NCBI GenBank assembly: GCA_008632985.1
Contig: QPGO01000106.1
Location: 1-64,000 of the forward strand
Length of the DNA stretch: 64,000 bases
Origin: Psammoneis japonica
Lineage: Eukaryota
Reading direction: 5' to 3'
Shown: piece by piece, positions 1 through 11,552 of the stretch
Layout: each line of letters begins with the position of its first letter
Numbering within the stretch: the stretch's first letter is position 1
Notes under the pieces: generated by a model
Seen by the model: the letters and a program-made list of their open reading frames with translations, nothing else
Databases searched by the model: none
Told to the model about the DNA's origin: nothing
Position numbers and translations under genes: made by a program

Positions 1-3000
1 TTGCGTTCACTCTCAAGTTCGAATGACCGATTAGCGTCCATGTGTGACTGCAATCGCCAAACGTTGTTACTAGCAATTGTTCTTCCGGATCTGGAAGGAA
101 GATTTTACCCTGTACCAATTGCTGGAATGTAACAGAGTTCGGACCAGCCAAAACCTGCGTTCCTCCGACCAACACAGAAGCCATGAGGGCCGCACCGCTG
201 GATGAATAGTCCAGCTCGAGTACGTTCAAGTCGAAGCTAAATGCGGCTGGCGACTGAACGCCCCGGAGTTTAACATTCTTGCCATCTGCGAGCCTTCTGC
301 CAGATGAAACCGTATCAACGAGATCTCCAATCTGTTTCACATTGGAGAAAGAGCTGTACGCGCTGCCAGAGACGCATTCAATCACTTCATTTCCAACACT
401 TCCTGATAGACTCGTACAGTCCAGCTCTCCGCTGTCACTCGCCGGGAGTTCAAGTATGCCACTTGACACATCATAGGAAGCAAGTGGCCCGGGTAGCTCT
501 GGTGTGAAAACGAGGGGGTCAATCAGATCCGTCGTGAATGTCTTTTTGTAGGAGAAGAGGGTTATCTTCCCAAAGAATAAATCGATAATGATTCTGATAT
601 AAATGCTGAGAAAGACATTGATTCGCAGACCGAATTCAAACCATTTTAATGCGGTGATAAACCCGATGTAAGCAATTCGTAAGGGCGCACAAGGCCCCCA
701 GATTGCTGGGGATTTGGGTCGAACAAGTCAATGGTGGCAATAAACTTGATGCCGCCCGACACACCGATCTCAATGAAACCTGCGCTTACACTAACCATGA
801 CAGCCACAATGCCCGTAAGGGTAATCATCGGCTTGTCTACACCATCGAATACATCAATCAAACCAAAGCTATTGAGGGCCTTCTCAGGCTTGTCCTGCTC
901 AATGGCCTCGCGGATGCCTTTGGAATCCAGGGCAAAACCAACTTCGAGTGTTGCAACGAATTCAAACGCAATCCCAAGCCTTGCTGTGGGGGGAGTGTAC
1001 CTGGACAATCATACGAAAATAATTCTGAGGTATATCCAAACAAGGGATATCTTGTTGGGGGATGCATGGTCGTGGAAACTTACACAGTTGTCTGGAACTC
1101 GCACTCGAATGCAAAGTTTGCGTTGGGTGGCTCAAATGCAATCAATTTCTGACAGCAAAACAAACGCAACAACTTTGAGTGAGTTTCTCAAACACGCGAA
1201 TCTATGAGACACTCTTGTTCCCTGCATCAACTCACAATGTCTTGGCCTTGGAGCAGGCCGAGGGCATCAGTTGGTCTGGAGAGTGCGGGGAATTCAAGCC
1301 CCGACACCGAGTTGGCTTGGCATGAAAGCCTTTTTGATTGGCACACGAAGTCAGCTGTTGAACAGTCTTGAGCGAGGACACTTGTACAATTCTCATCGGC
1401 TTGACCCTCGAAAATTGGATCAGAAAGCGCTCCTGCACAGTTGAATCTGTCCAGGAGATCGCGTTTGTCTGCCAAGCGAAGTCCACCGCTGTCGCCAAAA
1501 GATTCGAATGACGAAATGACTGACTCGCAGATCTTGGCAATTTCACGAACAGTCTTTGCTCCCGAACGCTTTCCGATGAAAATTTTGGCAATGTCCAGTG
1601 CAGTGATGTCTCTCCCAGCAATATCTGAAATGCCCGGAATCCGTTTGCCGAGAGGCACAAGTGGCCCCACAACATTGTCCAACATGCCATCTGAACCGTC
1701 TGCTGCTTTCCCAAGGACAGACTTGACGAAATCCTTGAGCGCCTCTAAATTGAGTTCTACTTTGGTGAGCTGAGCAACTGTCTCAGAGCACTCGTTGTCA
1801 AGAAAATCGACAGCCACTCGATCTGCGTTGTTCAACGAGCCGGTCTCAATTCGGCACCGAACTTCAATCCCGAAATCTAGTGTCGGGATCCAGGATTTGA
1901 TTTCGTCAAGCCCCTCTCCTCCGATCGACAGTTTGACATCTGATTCAAGAGCTGCACCAGCAAGGGCTCCAACCTTGAACAAGTCACTCTTGTCACGTGT
2001 CCTTCGAAAGTCCGTTCGAGTCAGAGACCCACCCTCTCCCGTGGACATGTCCACGAAGACACCCGCACCAACCGTCAAATTCGCACGTTTCATTTCCGCC
2101 AACAAAAAGAACAATGAAGCAGTTGTGTCTTGGTCCTTGACTTTGAGTGTTGCATTGACAGCCAGCTCTGACTCATCCGGAACGGCAGAGAGAAAGAACC
2201 CTTCTTCGTCGTCGAAGCCAAGTGCCAGTTGAAAACGCCACGAGATTCCAAGAGAAGGCGATGTGTCACCAGTCTCTGACGACATTTCCAGTGGAAAGTC
2301 AATGCCATCACCCAGGCCAAAGTCAAGAGGAAACTCTTGCTCAAATTGCTGGCCAAGGGGCATCTGCCAGACAACAGACGTTGGGTCGCCAGTGGTGCAG
2401 CTCACGACGCCTTCCACACCACGAGCAAAACATTCGTCAGACACGGTGTTTTCAAATGGAAGGAGATCAGCCTCCTGCAGCACATCCTCAAGGAGGTCAC
2501 GAACGACATCAGCAACATTCTCTGCTGATTCAATCCTGTTCAAGGTTTCCCTGAGCTTCGGCACAACATCTCGGCGTGCTTGCGCCAAAATGTTGTTGTC
2601 TGCATTTGAACCGATGGTGCTTCCAAGTCCATTTCAAATGAAGGGGATTCAAAAATTGTCACCCCACCGTTTGTCCCAAAAATGGCATCTTTGACGGTTC
2701 TCAATGCATCGTCCAAGGCATCAACAAACTCATCTCGCAACTGAAGCAGGAGTGTCAACAGATCAGGAATCTCGTCAGGCCCACTAAAGTTGACTGTCGG
2801 GTCCAAGCTTGCAGGGTTGTCAATGAATTCATCCACGTTGTCAATGCCGAAGCTGATGTCTGCGCTAAAGTTAACAAGGGGCACTTCAAGATTAATGTCG
2901 GCACCAATGGATCCTGAGAATGATGCACCAAGTTGACTGACAAGAGCAACTGGATCAATGAGCTGGCACCTTCCATTGGCAAGTCCGACTTCCAGTTTTA

Positions 3001-6000
3001 GAGGATCTGCTCCATCCCCGATGAAAAATCCTGCATCCACCTTTGCGCTTGGAGGTCCTGTGGAGGGCTCGAAATCCAATGTTCCGTTCGCGACAAACGA
3101 CGCGGTGAAAATCGGCCCCCCAATGATGTGAGTCTCCACTTCGAGAGTGTCGGGGTTGCAACTCACTTTCACATCTAGTCAAAAGACCAGCTCGCCATCG
3201 ATTTTGATTGTCGCATCACCATTGGATGGCAAGAGCGTCTTGGCAAAGAACTGTGGAAAATTTGAATTCGCCGTAATTTTGGAAAGGTCGACATCCAGCG
3301 ACTCCACCTCTTTGAATGTCCATCCGAGCTCAATCTCAAGCGAAAGCTCCAAATTGGTTGCAGCCATTTTGACAAGTGGTGCTCTGCCAATGCCGTCGGC
3401 AAGCAACGTCTCCAGCTTTGCTTCAAATGATGACAATGAGTTCTTGATGCTGACTCTCGTCACGTCTTCCGCAAGGAGGTCGACGATTTCATCGTTCTCA
3501 AGGGCTTTGATTTCGTCTTCCCTGAGGACGTTGACAGCATCGATGAGGACTTGCAAAAAGCTTGCTGCATCGCAAACCCTGATTCCAACAACTTGACAGT
3601 TGAGAACGAGCAGCGGAGAACACACACAGAAGACAAATGAAATGTGAGTCTGAGTCTGTTCTTGTCCTCTGTGTGGAGGGCTCCTTCTTTTTCTCTGCTT
3701 GCGTGGAATCTGACACCGGACAAAATTGTTCCCCAGCAGACCTCCAGCACACGACTTCACCGCCTCCGGTGTGAGATCTCCGACAACAAATTCCACTGCT
3801 CTCGAAAAGCCTTCAAGAACATTGGCACAGGACAAGCCTGGAATGCCTTGAGGGAGACTGACATTGAAGAGAACCGGTGGAGCACTTAATTTGCTGAGAA
3901 AGTCGACTGTGAACGGCTCGAAAATGCCATCATGCGTCTGTTCTTCAAAGTCATCGAAAGGAGGCGCTAGTCTGACAGCCCCAGAAAAGCTGTCTGCAGC
4001 AAATGCAGATGAGGCACCAAGAAATCCATCAACACACCCTTCACTTTCTGGTTGAAAGATGGATGCCACTGCCATCAGCCAGTCACAGCAAAGCAGGCAC
4101 CCGCCGGAACCAAGTGAGACGCTCACGTCTCCCACCAGCGATGCACTCAAATCTGTTCCGACCTCAACAAGACCTGGTCCAACAGTTGCGACAAGATCCT
4201 CACGCCCTTCAATCTGACAATCCGCGTCAATCAACGACTTTCGGACTGTGATGTGGCACGGCCTTCGGGACAAATCCTGGTCTTGCAGGCCGCAAACATC
4301 AGCAATGTGCTCCATCCTTCAGTCTTGTGGGCAGTCAAGCACATCCTCAAGAGTTGCAACTTTGGTTTCAGGATCCACACAGTCTTTTTTTCGCACCCAG
4401 AGTCTAACATCATTGATGGATGGATCGAATCTGATGCTCACCAAAGACTTGCCGCACTTCTTGACTGTGGCAATGCCGTCAAAGACCCTCCCAAGCCCTT
4501 CCGTGACCAAGCCACCGGCTTCGAAATCCAGCGGAATGGTGTTTCTGCTTTCCATGATTGTGCATTGAAGTCTCAGCCTGACGGCCTCTGAAGTGCACTC
4601 GTCAAAGCCCATCCCAGAGCAGGCACATCCTAAAATGACAATGTCTTCACTCAAGTTCGGTGCCAAGATGACCGTGAAATCTGCCGTGTAATCTGCTCTT
4701 TTTACAGCCACTGTGATTGAGCTCACTTCTTTTGGAGCCACTCGTCGCACGTTTTGGAGGTCACCCACGCCACCGGACATGTCAAATCGAACATTGTACG
4801 ACGAGGCACCCCTTTCAAAGGCCAAACTGACTTCGAAACAGCTCACCTGCTTTCCTGTCATTTCTGGGGTGCAGGAGAAAGGAACATTCACACATTCGCA
4901 TCCAAGGCCCATCACAGTGTCTTCAACTGTGGTGAAAGAAAGAAGGGCAACAGGTTTTGAAGTTGTTGGGAATGGTTCTCGCAAAAGAAGTGGCGCCGCA
5001 CGCGCGTGTCTCCAGCGTCACTCACTGCGAGTCACAAGATCATGAAAGGAACAGAAACGAGGAACCAAAGCCGGCATGACAGGCTGATTCAATGGAAACT
5101 CAAACATCGACGTCGGACCTTGTAGCTCGTCCAAGTCTTTGTAAAGCCCAACAAGGTGAACGTCCTTTGGTCCTGCCAGCGACCGAAGCAATGAAGACGT
5201 GGCCATCATTTTCATTTACATTTGGAGGGTGAACATCAATGACAACGTCACAATCTTGGTCAAAGCAGCCGAAATGTTCCCCCGCATCGTCATCAAATTG
5301 GCAGAAACAAGAGCCGGGCAGCTGAGGGTTGCATTCTAGCGCACAAACCGCAACACTGCAGTCTGAAGCGTTGATTCCATCAAAGAGAATCTTTCTGAAT
5401 GCAAAACTGTTCTCTGGAGGGCTCATGGGCAGTTGAAAGGCACACACACCGTCTGTTTCTTTCGCCAGTTCCCGAACAGACACAGGATCGTCTGGATCAA
5501 CTGCCAATTTGGTTTCCACAAAGTGGAGCTCCAATGTCTTGCCAGGAGCAAAGGTCCTTCCGCTGCTTTCATTAAATGCAAGCAAAGAATTAAGGAACAG
5601 ACTTCGACTGGGGCGGAGGTCGAAATCCTCAACCTTTGAGAACCACGGGAAAAACTGATCAATGAGTGGGGAGCCTGTTCTGAGAGTTTCGCCAAACGAG
5701 ATGTTCGACAAAGGCAAACTAAGCTGCGTCGCTTCGTTCACCTGGGTCCGAGTGAAAGTGCTGTCCATTGTGCGAAGAAGTGAAAAGGCGTTCTCCGGGC
5801 AAAATGCCAAGAAGTCATCGATGTTCGTCAAGTCCGGAACGTCGAGTTCCGCAGTTGCCGAATGGATGTCGTCCTCAATGACACTGAACGCAGCAGTCTC
5901 GTCTGATCCAGTGAGCTCTGCACCCAGAAAGGGGTCGCCAATGGCACAAGTTCCCTCAACACTGTGCTCTCCAATGGCATTGAGGTGGAAGGATGTGCCT

Positions 6001-7206
6001 GTCTTGATGGGCCGTCCGATGACATCCTCGTCACAGTCATCGCCACCACACTCAGTGAGATTGAATTCAGCCGACGCAGTTGCATTGTCAGCCGTGCAAG
6101 CCAAGTTCAACATTCCCAAAAACAAATCCAGATCCGGCATTCCGCCAAGCTTCAGTGATGCTTCAATGGGGGCAAGCAGGACAAGGTCTGGAATGAAGAA
6201 CAAATCAGCGACGAGGCAAGCGCCAAAATTGAGGTTTGAAGACACAACTTTGATTGCGTCCATCTCAAGGACAATGCACTCCCCAACAGCATGGAAAAGC
6301 CTGGCACCATCCAGACTGGCAGTTCGATCAAAATCAATCGAAGAGCAAAAATTGACAATGGCACCGGCGCCGGGACCATTGGGTCACCGTCACGGGTCCT
6401 TTGGTCCCATCGCAGCCAACTGCCAATGGATGAGAGTCAACAACCCCATCTCTTGTCAGGCAATTGGCCAGTCGCTCTTCCAATGCCCTGCAGGTGATTT
6501 CAGCATCCCCTGTTTCCTGTGTTGTCTCCTGGACAAAATTCCTTAAATCAACCACAGCATCTGTGCTGCTGTTCTGTCCTCCAATTACGGCATTGATCGA
6601 TGATCCTACAAAGGGGATTTTCCGGTTCAGGATTTCATTGTCTCGAAAGACCTCCACCCTTTCGCAGAGCTGGTTGAAAACTGGGTCGAGTGCAATGAGA
6701 TCCACAACACAGGCGTCCGCCACAGCACTGGGTGAAGATGAAGGAGAAGATGACACACTCGGTGGTGGTGAAGGAGCGGGTGTGACAGTGGGTGCTGTTG
6801 AGGGGGCCGATGTGTCAGTGGGCGAAGTTGAAGGAGACTTTGACACACTCGGTGGAGGTGAAGGAGCCGGTGTCACGGTGGGTGCAGTTGAAGGAGCCGA
6901 TGTGTCAGTGGGCGAAGTTGAAGGAGCAGATGACGCACTGGGTGGAGGTGAAGGAGGTGATGTCACCACGGTGGGTGCACTGGTGGAGGCTGGTGCTCCT
7001 CCGTCGAGGAGGCGAGACCAGTGCTCAGCATCTTCCGTTTCCAACAAAGCCTTTTCGTTCTTGTCATCCTCTCTGGATTCTTCTTGCCCTGCTCTTCTGA
7101 AAAAGCGAGACAAGTGATCAGCAGCCGATGCGACGTGAACAAACGACGCCACCGCCACCACGACAAGGATGACACAGGAAAACGCACTGAACTGTGAGAG
7201 CCTCAT
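1..7206 (-). pseudogene. Disrupted gene for a giant secreted protein (>2000 aa; signal peptide, Pro/Ser/Thr repeats, acidic beta-rich body resembling RTX/hemolysin-associated giant proteins); continues off the window
   Basis: ATG 7206 with hydrophobic leader MRLSQFSAFSCVILVVVAVA. Consecutive minus-strand ORFs 6334-7206, 5100-6263, 4319-4984, 3179-4315, 2540-3172, 1227-2588 and 646-1008 are broken by frameshifts/stops. Introns 1149-1235 (GTGAGT..CAG), 1001-1083 (GTAAGT..CAG) and 3592-3702 (GCAAG..AAG). Family assignment is recalled from the GVSGGI..IDLFDP..GLVR motif, not searched. Confidence 0.7.
6739..6957 (-). repeat. 90-bp coding tandem repeat (~2.4 copies; PSTSPTDTSAPSTAPTVTPAPSPPPSVS)
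   Basis: TGAC(A/G)CACT..GGTGG recurs at 6751, 6841 and 6931. Confidence 0.9.
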
Positions 7207-7918
7207 GGTGTCACAGCCTGTCTGTCAGAGAGCGGTGTTGCAGAGAAGTTCGCAAGCAAGCAGCAACGATGAACGTTCAGAAATGCAAATGATCTGTGAT
7301 CTTCTGTTGACAGTTGATTGACGCTTTTGTGAAAGGATGAAAAACTGCGTGTGCGTGGACTCCACGCAAGATAAAATTTCAAACTTGGGATCCACATGTC
7401 ATTTGTTGAGGAAGATTCAAAGATGCTCAGGAAATCTTTCTTCAACAAACAAGACTTGCGAACAGCAATGATCTCCAATGCAATTTCAAAACTTGATCAA
7501 GCATGCCCGTCGGACTTCCAAATTCGGCCCGTCATGTGTGTGTGCAACGCGGCCATCAGTGGTTGGTGATTGCACGCAGTGGATGCCAAAAAGGGTGGTT
7601 GTTTCTAGGTCGACACCTTTGCCATGGAGAGGTGATGAGAGGTTGGATGCGGGTGTGTTGGCGAAAACCCATTTTGGTTTCCAAAGCAAAAACCCATTTT
7701 GGTTTCCAAACATGGCCAACCACTGCATTGTGACAGGCTGAACTTCCGTCCATGGGCATTGCCAAACCTTCGTGGAAAATTCACATTGCTCCCGTTGCCA
7801 GTCATGGGGTTGGTGGCTGTCATGGATGCACAGTGTGCATGTGAGTGAGCGTGGTTTGAGTGACTGGAAGTTGGGGATTTCAAGTGGGAATTGTTGCATC
7901 TGCATGAGTTGCCAATCT

Positions 7919-8178
7919 GGCCTGTCCCAGCTCCAGGTGCTCCGCGCGGGTTCGATTCCCATCATTTGGAAATTTGTGCATTTAGCGCAATTAACTTTTT
8001 CCAAATCCGTTTTTTGCCAAATCGAAGGGCAAGTGTGCACTTTGCATGCATTTTCGGGTGTACACTCACCTTTCGATTTTCGAAACGATCAAAATTGAAG
8101 GAGTTAATTGCGCTAAACTGCGCAGAAAATCGGCCTCTCGCGTGATGAAAAGCAGAGCACCTGGAGCTGGAACAGGCC
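7919..8178. mobile_element. 260-bp MITE with 24-bp TIRs and a 4-bp TSD (ATCT)
   Basis: TIR GGCCTGTCCCAGCTCCAGGTGCTC (7919-7942) vs GAGCACCTGGAGCTGGAACAGGCC (8155-8178), 1 mismatch. ATCT at 7915-7918 and 8179-8182. Inner inverted repeat TTTAGCGCAATTAACT/AGTTAATTGCGCTAAA. Absent from duplicate copy B (empty site ~9455). Confidence 0.9.
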
Positions 8179-8488
8179 ATCTGTCATTTTGCACGTCATC
8201 GGGAAGAATGTGGCACAGCATGAGATTTGCTTTTTTCTGTTTCAGAATGCCATCGGTCATGTCAGGCTTGCGCTCTCATGTTCAGAAGAAAGCAAAATGA
8301 GCCACACTCAACAGGTGCATGACATGTTGCGGATCCTCACAGCACAACAGCAAGCCTTGCAGCAAGTCGCTCCTCTCTCCAATCTCAACCCTCACATGGA
8401 AGACTGTCAGTGATGCCCTCATCCTGCATGTCAGGCAAAACTTGCAGGACACATTGCTCTGTGAGATGTGCAAGGAGGTCACCGTGTG

Positions 8489-8962
8489 TTGTCCACTCTC
8501 TCGAACTGCTCCCCGGCGCTGTTCTCCACAATCAAAACACAATTCTTCTCCTGCATCAATGTCTCGTTTGGCACAAAAGCACATTTTGCCATCTCCAAAC
8601 CATTGCTTTTTCCACACTGCACATTTGCATCTATTTTGGAATTCATCCATCGTGCCAACCCGGATTTGTCAGCGTCCATGCCATCATGGTGCACTGGTTC
8701 GCCCCGCTGCACTGCCACAGACATTTCAGCAACATGACGACCTCAACCGTTGGGATGCCGTTCAAAGCACTTGTTTTCATCAAGTTGCTCACCCTTGTGC
8801 TTGAACAGACAGGATCCAGATTCTGTGTTGCAAAGTGCAAAAACAGCCCACCATTCCCGCTCCGTCAATTTTAGATTCTTGAGTTGCAAATTCGGACTGG
8901 GGAAATGGATCTCGAATCTCATTAAATGACATGCAATGTGAGACAAGAGCAATGCCAACAAG
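8489..8962 (-). pseudogene. Hypermutated partial copy of the SET-domain gene
   Basis: KMCFCAKRDIDAGEELCFDCGEQ and SCLFKHKGEQLDENKCFERHPNG align to KMYFYAKRDIDAGEELCFDYGEQ and SYLFEYKGERLDENEYFQRYPDG; frameshifted. Confidence 0.92.
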
Positions 8963-9745
8963 CAAAAAACACAAGAAATGGAGGCCAAGATTTTTTTCAT
9001 TTCTCTCTGTGGCCATGACATGTGCAGAGTGGCTTCAGGGTGCAGTGTTGAGGTTTTAGATGCTGAATTTGGCATTCCATTGAACTGTGCCACCTTGTGA
9101 TGTGAGTGAATTGCGGGGCCATGAGAAAATTATCCAGTGTTCAGTGGATGCCAAAAAGGGTGGTTGTTTCCAAGTCAACACCTTTGCCATGGAGAGGTGC
9201 TGAGGTTGGATGCGGGTGTGTTGGCGAAAAAACCCATTTTGGTTTCCAAACACGGCCAACCGCTGCATTGCGACAGGTTGAATTTCCGTCCATGGGCATT
9301 ACCAAACCCGCGTGGAACATTCACGTCGCTCCCCGTTGCTCGTCATGGGGTTGGTGGCCGTCATGGATGCGCAGTCTGTATATAAGTAAGCGTGGTTTGA
9401 GTGACTGGAAGTTGGGGATTTCAAGTAGGAATTGTTGTATCTGTATTAGTCGTTATACTGTCATTTTGCGTGTTATCGGGAAGAATGCAGCACGGTATGA
9501 GATTCGCCTTTTCTGTTTCAGAATGCCGTCGGTTAGGCTTACGCTCTCATGTTCAGAAGAAAGCAAAAGCACCACTCGACACTCGACGTGTCGCGGATCC
9601 TTACAACACAACAGCAAGCCTTACGAGTCCTCTCTCCGCTCTCGACCCTCGCATGGAATACTATCAGTGATACTCTTGTCCTGTATGTCGGGTGAAACTT
9701 ACAGGACACACTGCTCTGTAAGATATGTGAGGAGGTTACCATGCG

Positions 9746-10447
9746 TTATTCACTCTCTCGAACCGCTCCCCAATACTGTTCTCCATAATCAAAACACAAT
9801 TCTTCTCCTGCATCAATATCTCGTTTGGCATAAAAGTACATTTTGCCGTCTCCAAACCGTTGTTTTTTCCACACTACATTTGCATCTAGTTTGGAATTCA
9901 TCCACCGTGCCAATCCCGATTTCCTAGCGTCCATGCCATCAATATACACTGGTTCGCCCCACGGTACTGCTGCCGGTATTTCAGCAACATAACGACCTTG
10001 ACCGTCGGGATAACGTTGAAAGTACTCGTTTTCATCAAGTCGTTCGCCCTTGTACTCGAACAGATAGGATCCAGAGTCAATGTTGCAAAGCGCGAACAGT
10101 CCCATGCCCGCTCCGTCAATTATAGATTCTTGAATTGCAAATTCGGATTCGGGCAATGGATCTCGATTCTCATTAAAAGACATGCTATGTAAAACAAGAG
10201 CAGTGCCAACAAGAGTGGTAGAACTCAAAATGAAAAGTGGATCAAACATGTCGGTGGCAATTCCAACCGTCAGCGCGGCAACCGCCATTCCTCCACCCGC
10301 AATCAATCCGGTTTGTTCCAAACGACGAGATGCAGATACTTCGAGTTGAAGAGGCTTCTTCTTACTGCCATCGTGTAGATGCTGTGGTGGTGGTAGGGCC
10401 AACAGACAAAGGATGCCGCTAGTAGCAGCAGCACAGAACGGCGCCAT
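9746..10447 (-). CDS. SET-domain protein lysine methyltransferase-like, with N-terminal hydrophobic segments
   Basis: GAGMGLFA, ARWMNS and ELCFDYG SET motifs; ATG at 10447. Confidence 0.88.
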   Translation of the reverse strand: MAPFCAAATSGILCLLALPPPQHLHDGSKKKPLQLEVSASRRLEQTGLIAGGGMAVAALTVGIATDMFDPLFILSSTTLVGTALVLHSMSFNENRDPLPESEFAIQESIIDGAGMGLFALCNIDSGSYLFEYKGERLDENEYFQRYPDGQGRYVAEIPAAVPWGEPVYIDGMDARKSGLARWMNSKLDANVVWKKQRFGDGKMYFYAKRDIDAGEELCFDYGEQYWGAVRESE

Positions 10448-11528
10448 TGTCGACTTCACCGTATCATACAGTACCGCCGCCCGGTATGATGTGTGACTAA
10501 CGCGTATTCCACTTTTCGAAATTATGCTTACCTACGTGTACGAAGACACCATTTTCTCAACATTTAAAGAAAAAAGCTTTTTTCCGATTTCAATTGACCT
10601 GGTAATTCAATAATGAGTAAGAAAAATGCAAAATAGCAAGAAAGTGTCGTTAGTTGCTTGCGTTCGAGGTGAATGTCATCATTTTTCGCGGCAGCAAGTT
10701 GTGAGCTCCACAAATCATACACTTACTGTTGTCTACCATCAAATAACGCACACCATAATCCATATTATCAATGAAATGGACCATCCGTTGCTTGGCTTGA
10801 TGCAAAAGACAGTGTATGACACGCAACAGCCCCATTTCGATTGATGCAGAAATGTCGGCCGCAGACAAATGGTTCAAATGTCGACATGAAACTAAGAGCC
10901 GGTGTTCCTCGTCAGGGCTTTTAACATGGTCGAAATGCTCCCTATATAAGTGTATGAAACGAGCGTATCAAATAAAAAGAACGAGTCAGTGACACGAAAG
11001 CGCAATACGATTGTATCGCGACAGCACACGAAAAAGAGCAGCGGATGGTGATGCAATTACAAAATCCATTTTTGACCTTTCGATTGAGCAATTACCTTCA
11101 AACAAGCGATGAAAATAGTTTCTATATGATGGTAGAAACTATTCTAAAGCACTGATGTTGTTGAAAGGGTTTGGCAATAGCATGAAATGCCGTTCCGATT
11201 CTCATGGTGAGTGGCGTTCGGAGGGTGTGTGCGCATACGTGACTGAATGAGTCCCGCCTAACTTCATGCAGCCGCCGCGCGCTCGCCTCAGTCCTTATGA
11301 TACAGTAATTTTAATTTTAAGATATATTACTGTATTTATAAAATCATTCACTTCCAACGGACACCTAGTTTCCTAACAAGACTGGATCAAATGGTCGCGG
11401 TTAGCATAGAATAGAGTCAGTCGTGTATGCGTACTGCGGTTTTGCATTACACGGTATTTTGGGTTAGGTTTTCGTTTTTGGAGATGCCGCTGCTGCGAGT
11501 TACCTAATATATCGTCATCTCTCTCGTT

Positions 11529-11552
11529 CACAACAACAACAACAACAACAAC
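11529..11552 (+). repeat. (CAA)n microsatellite directly before the ATG
   Basis: caacaacaac... run ending at ACATG. Confidence 0.9.

Larger units (their letters stand above)
7577..10212. repeat. Tandem segmental duplication: copy A 7577-8962 (mutated, contains a MITE), copy B 9142-10212 (mostly intact)
   Basis: Both copies start CAGTGGATGCCAAAA(A)GGGTGGTTGTTTC and are colinear through the SET-gene 3' half to ACAAGAGCA(A/G)TGCCAACAAG. Confidence 0.93.

Noticed and set aside
1227..6263. Alternative genetic code or selection against Tyr
   Set aside because: TA is missing in all frames and in non-coding DNA, and neighbouring genes use Tyr and TAA/TAG normally
5662..6546. Long plus-strand ORFs antisense to real or dead genes (also 42981-43793, 59989-60675)
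   Set aside because: Shadow frames of the minus-strand coding sequence
7948..7960. GGGTTCGATTCCC tRNA T-arm/B-box-like motif
   Set aside because: No acceptor stem, D arm or anticodon arm; lies within a MITE
1210..9290. Classical fungal RIP or 5mC deamination as the explanation of island composition
   Set aside because: RIP creates TpA, whereas TpA is destroyed here; CpG decay cannot remove TpA, and CpG is retained in 1230-7300
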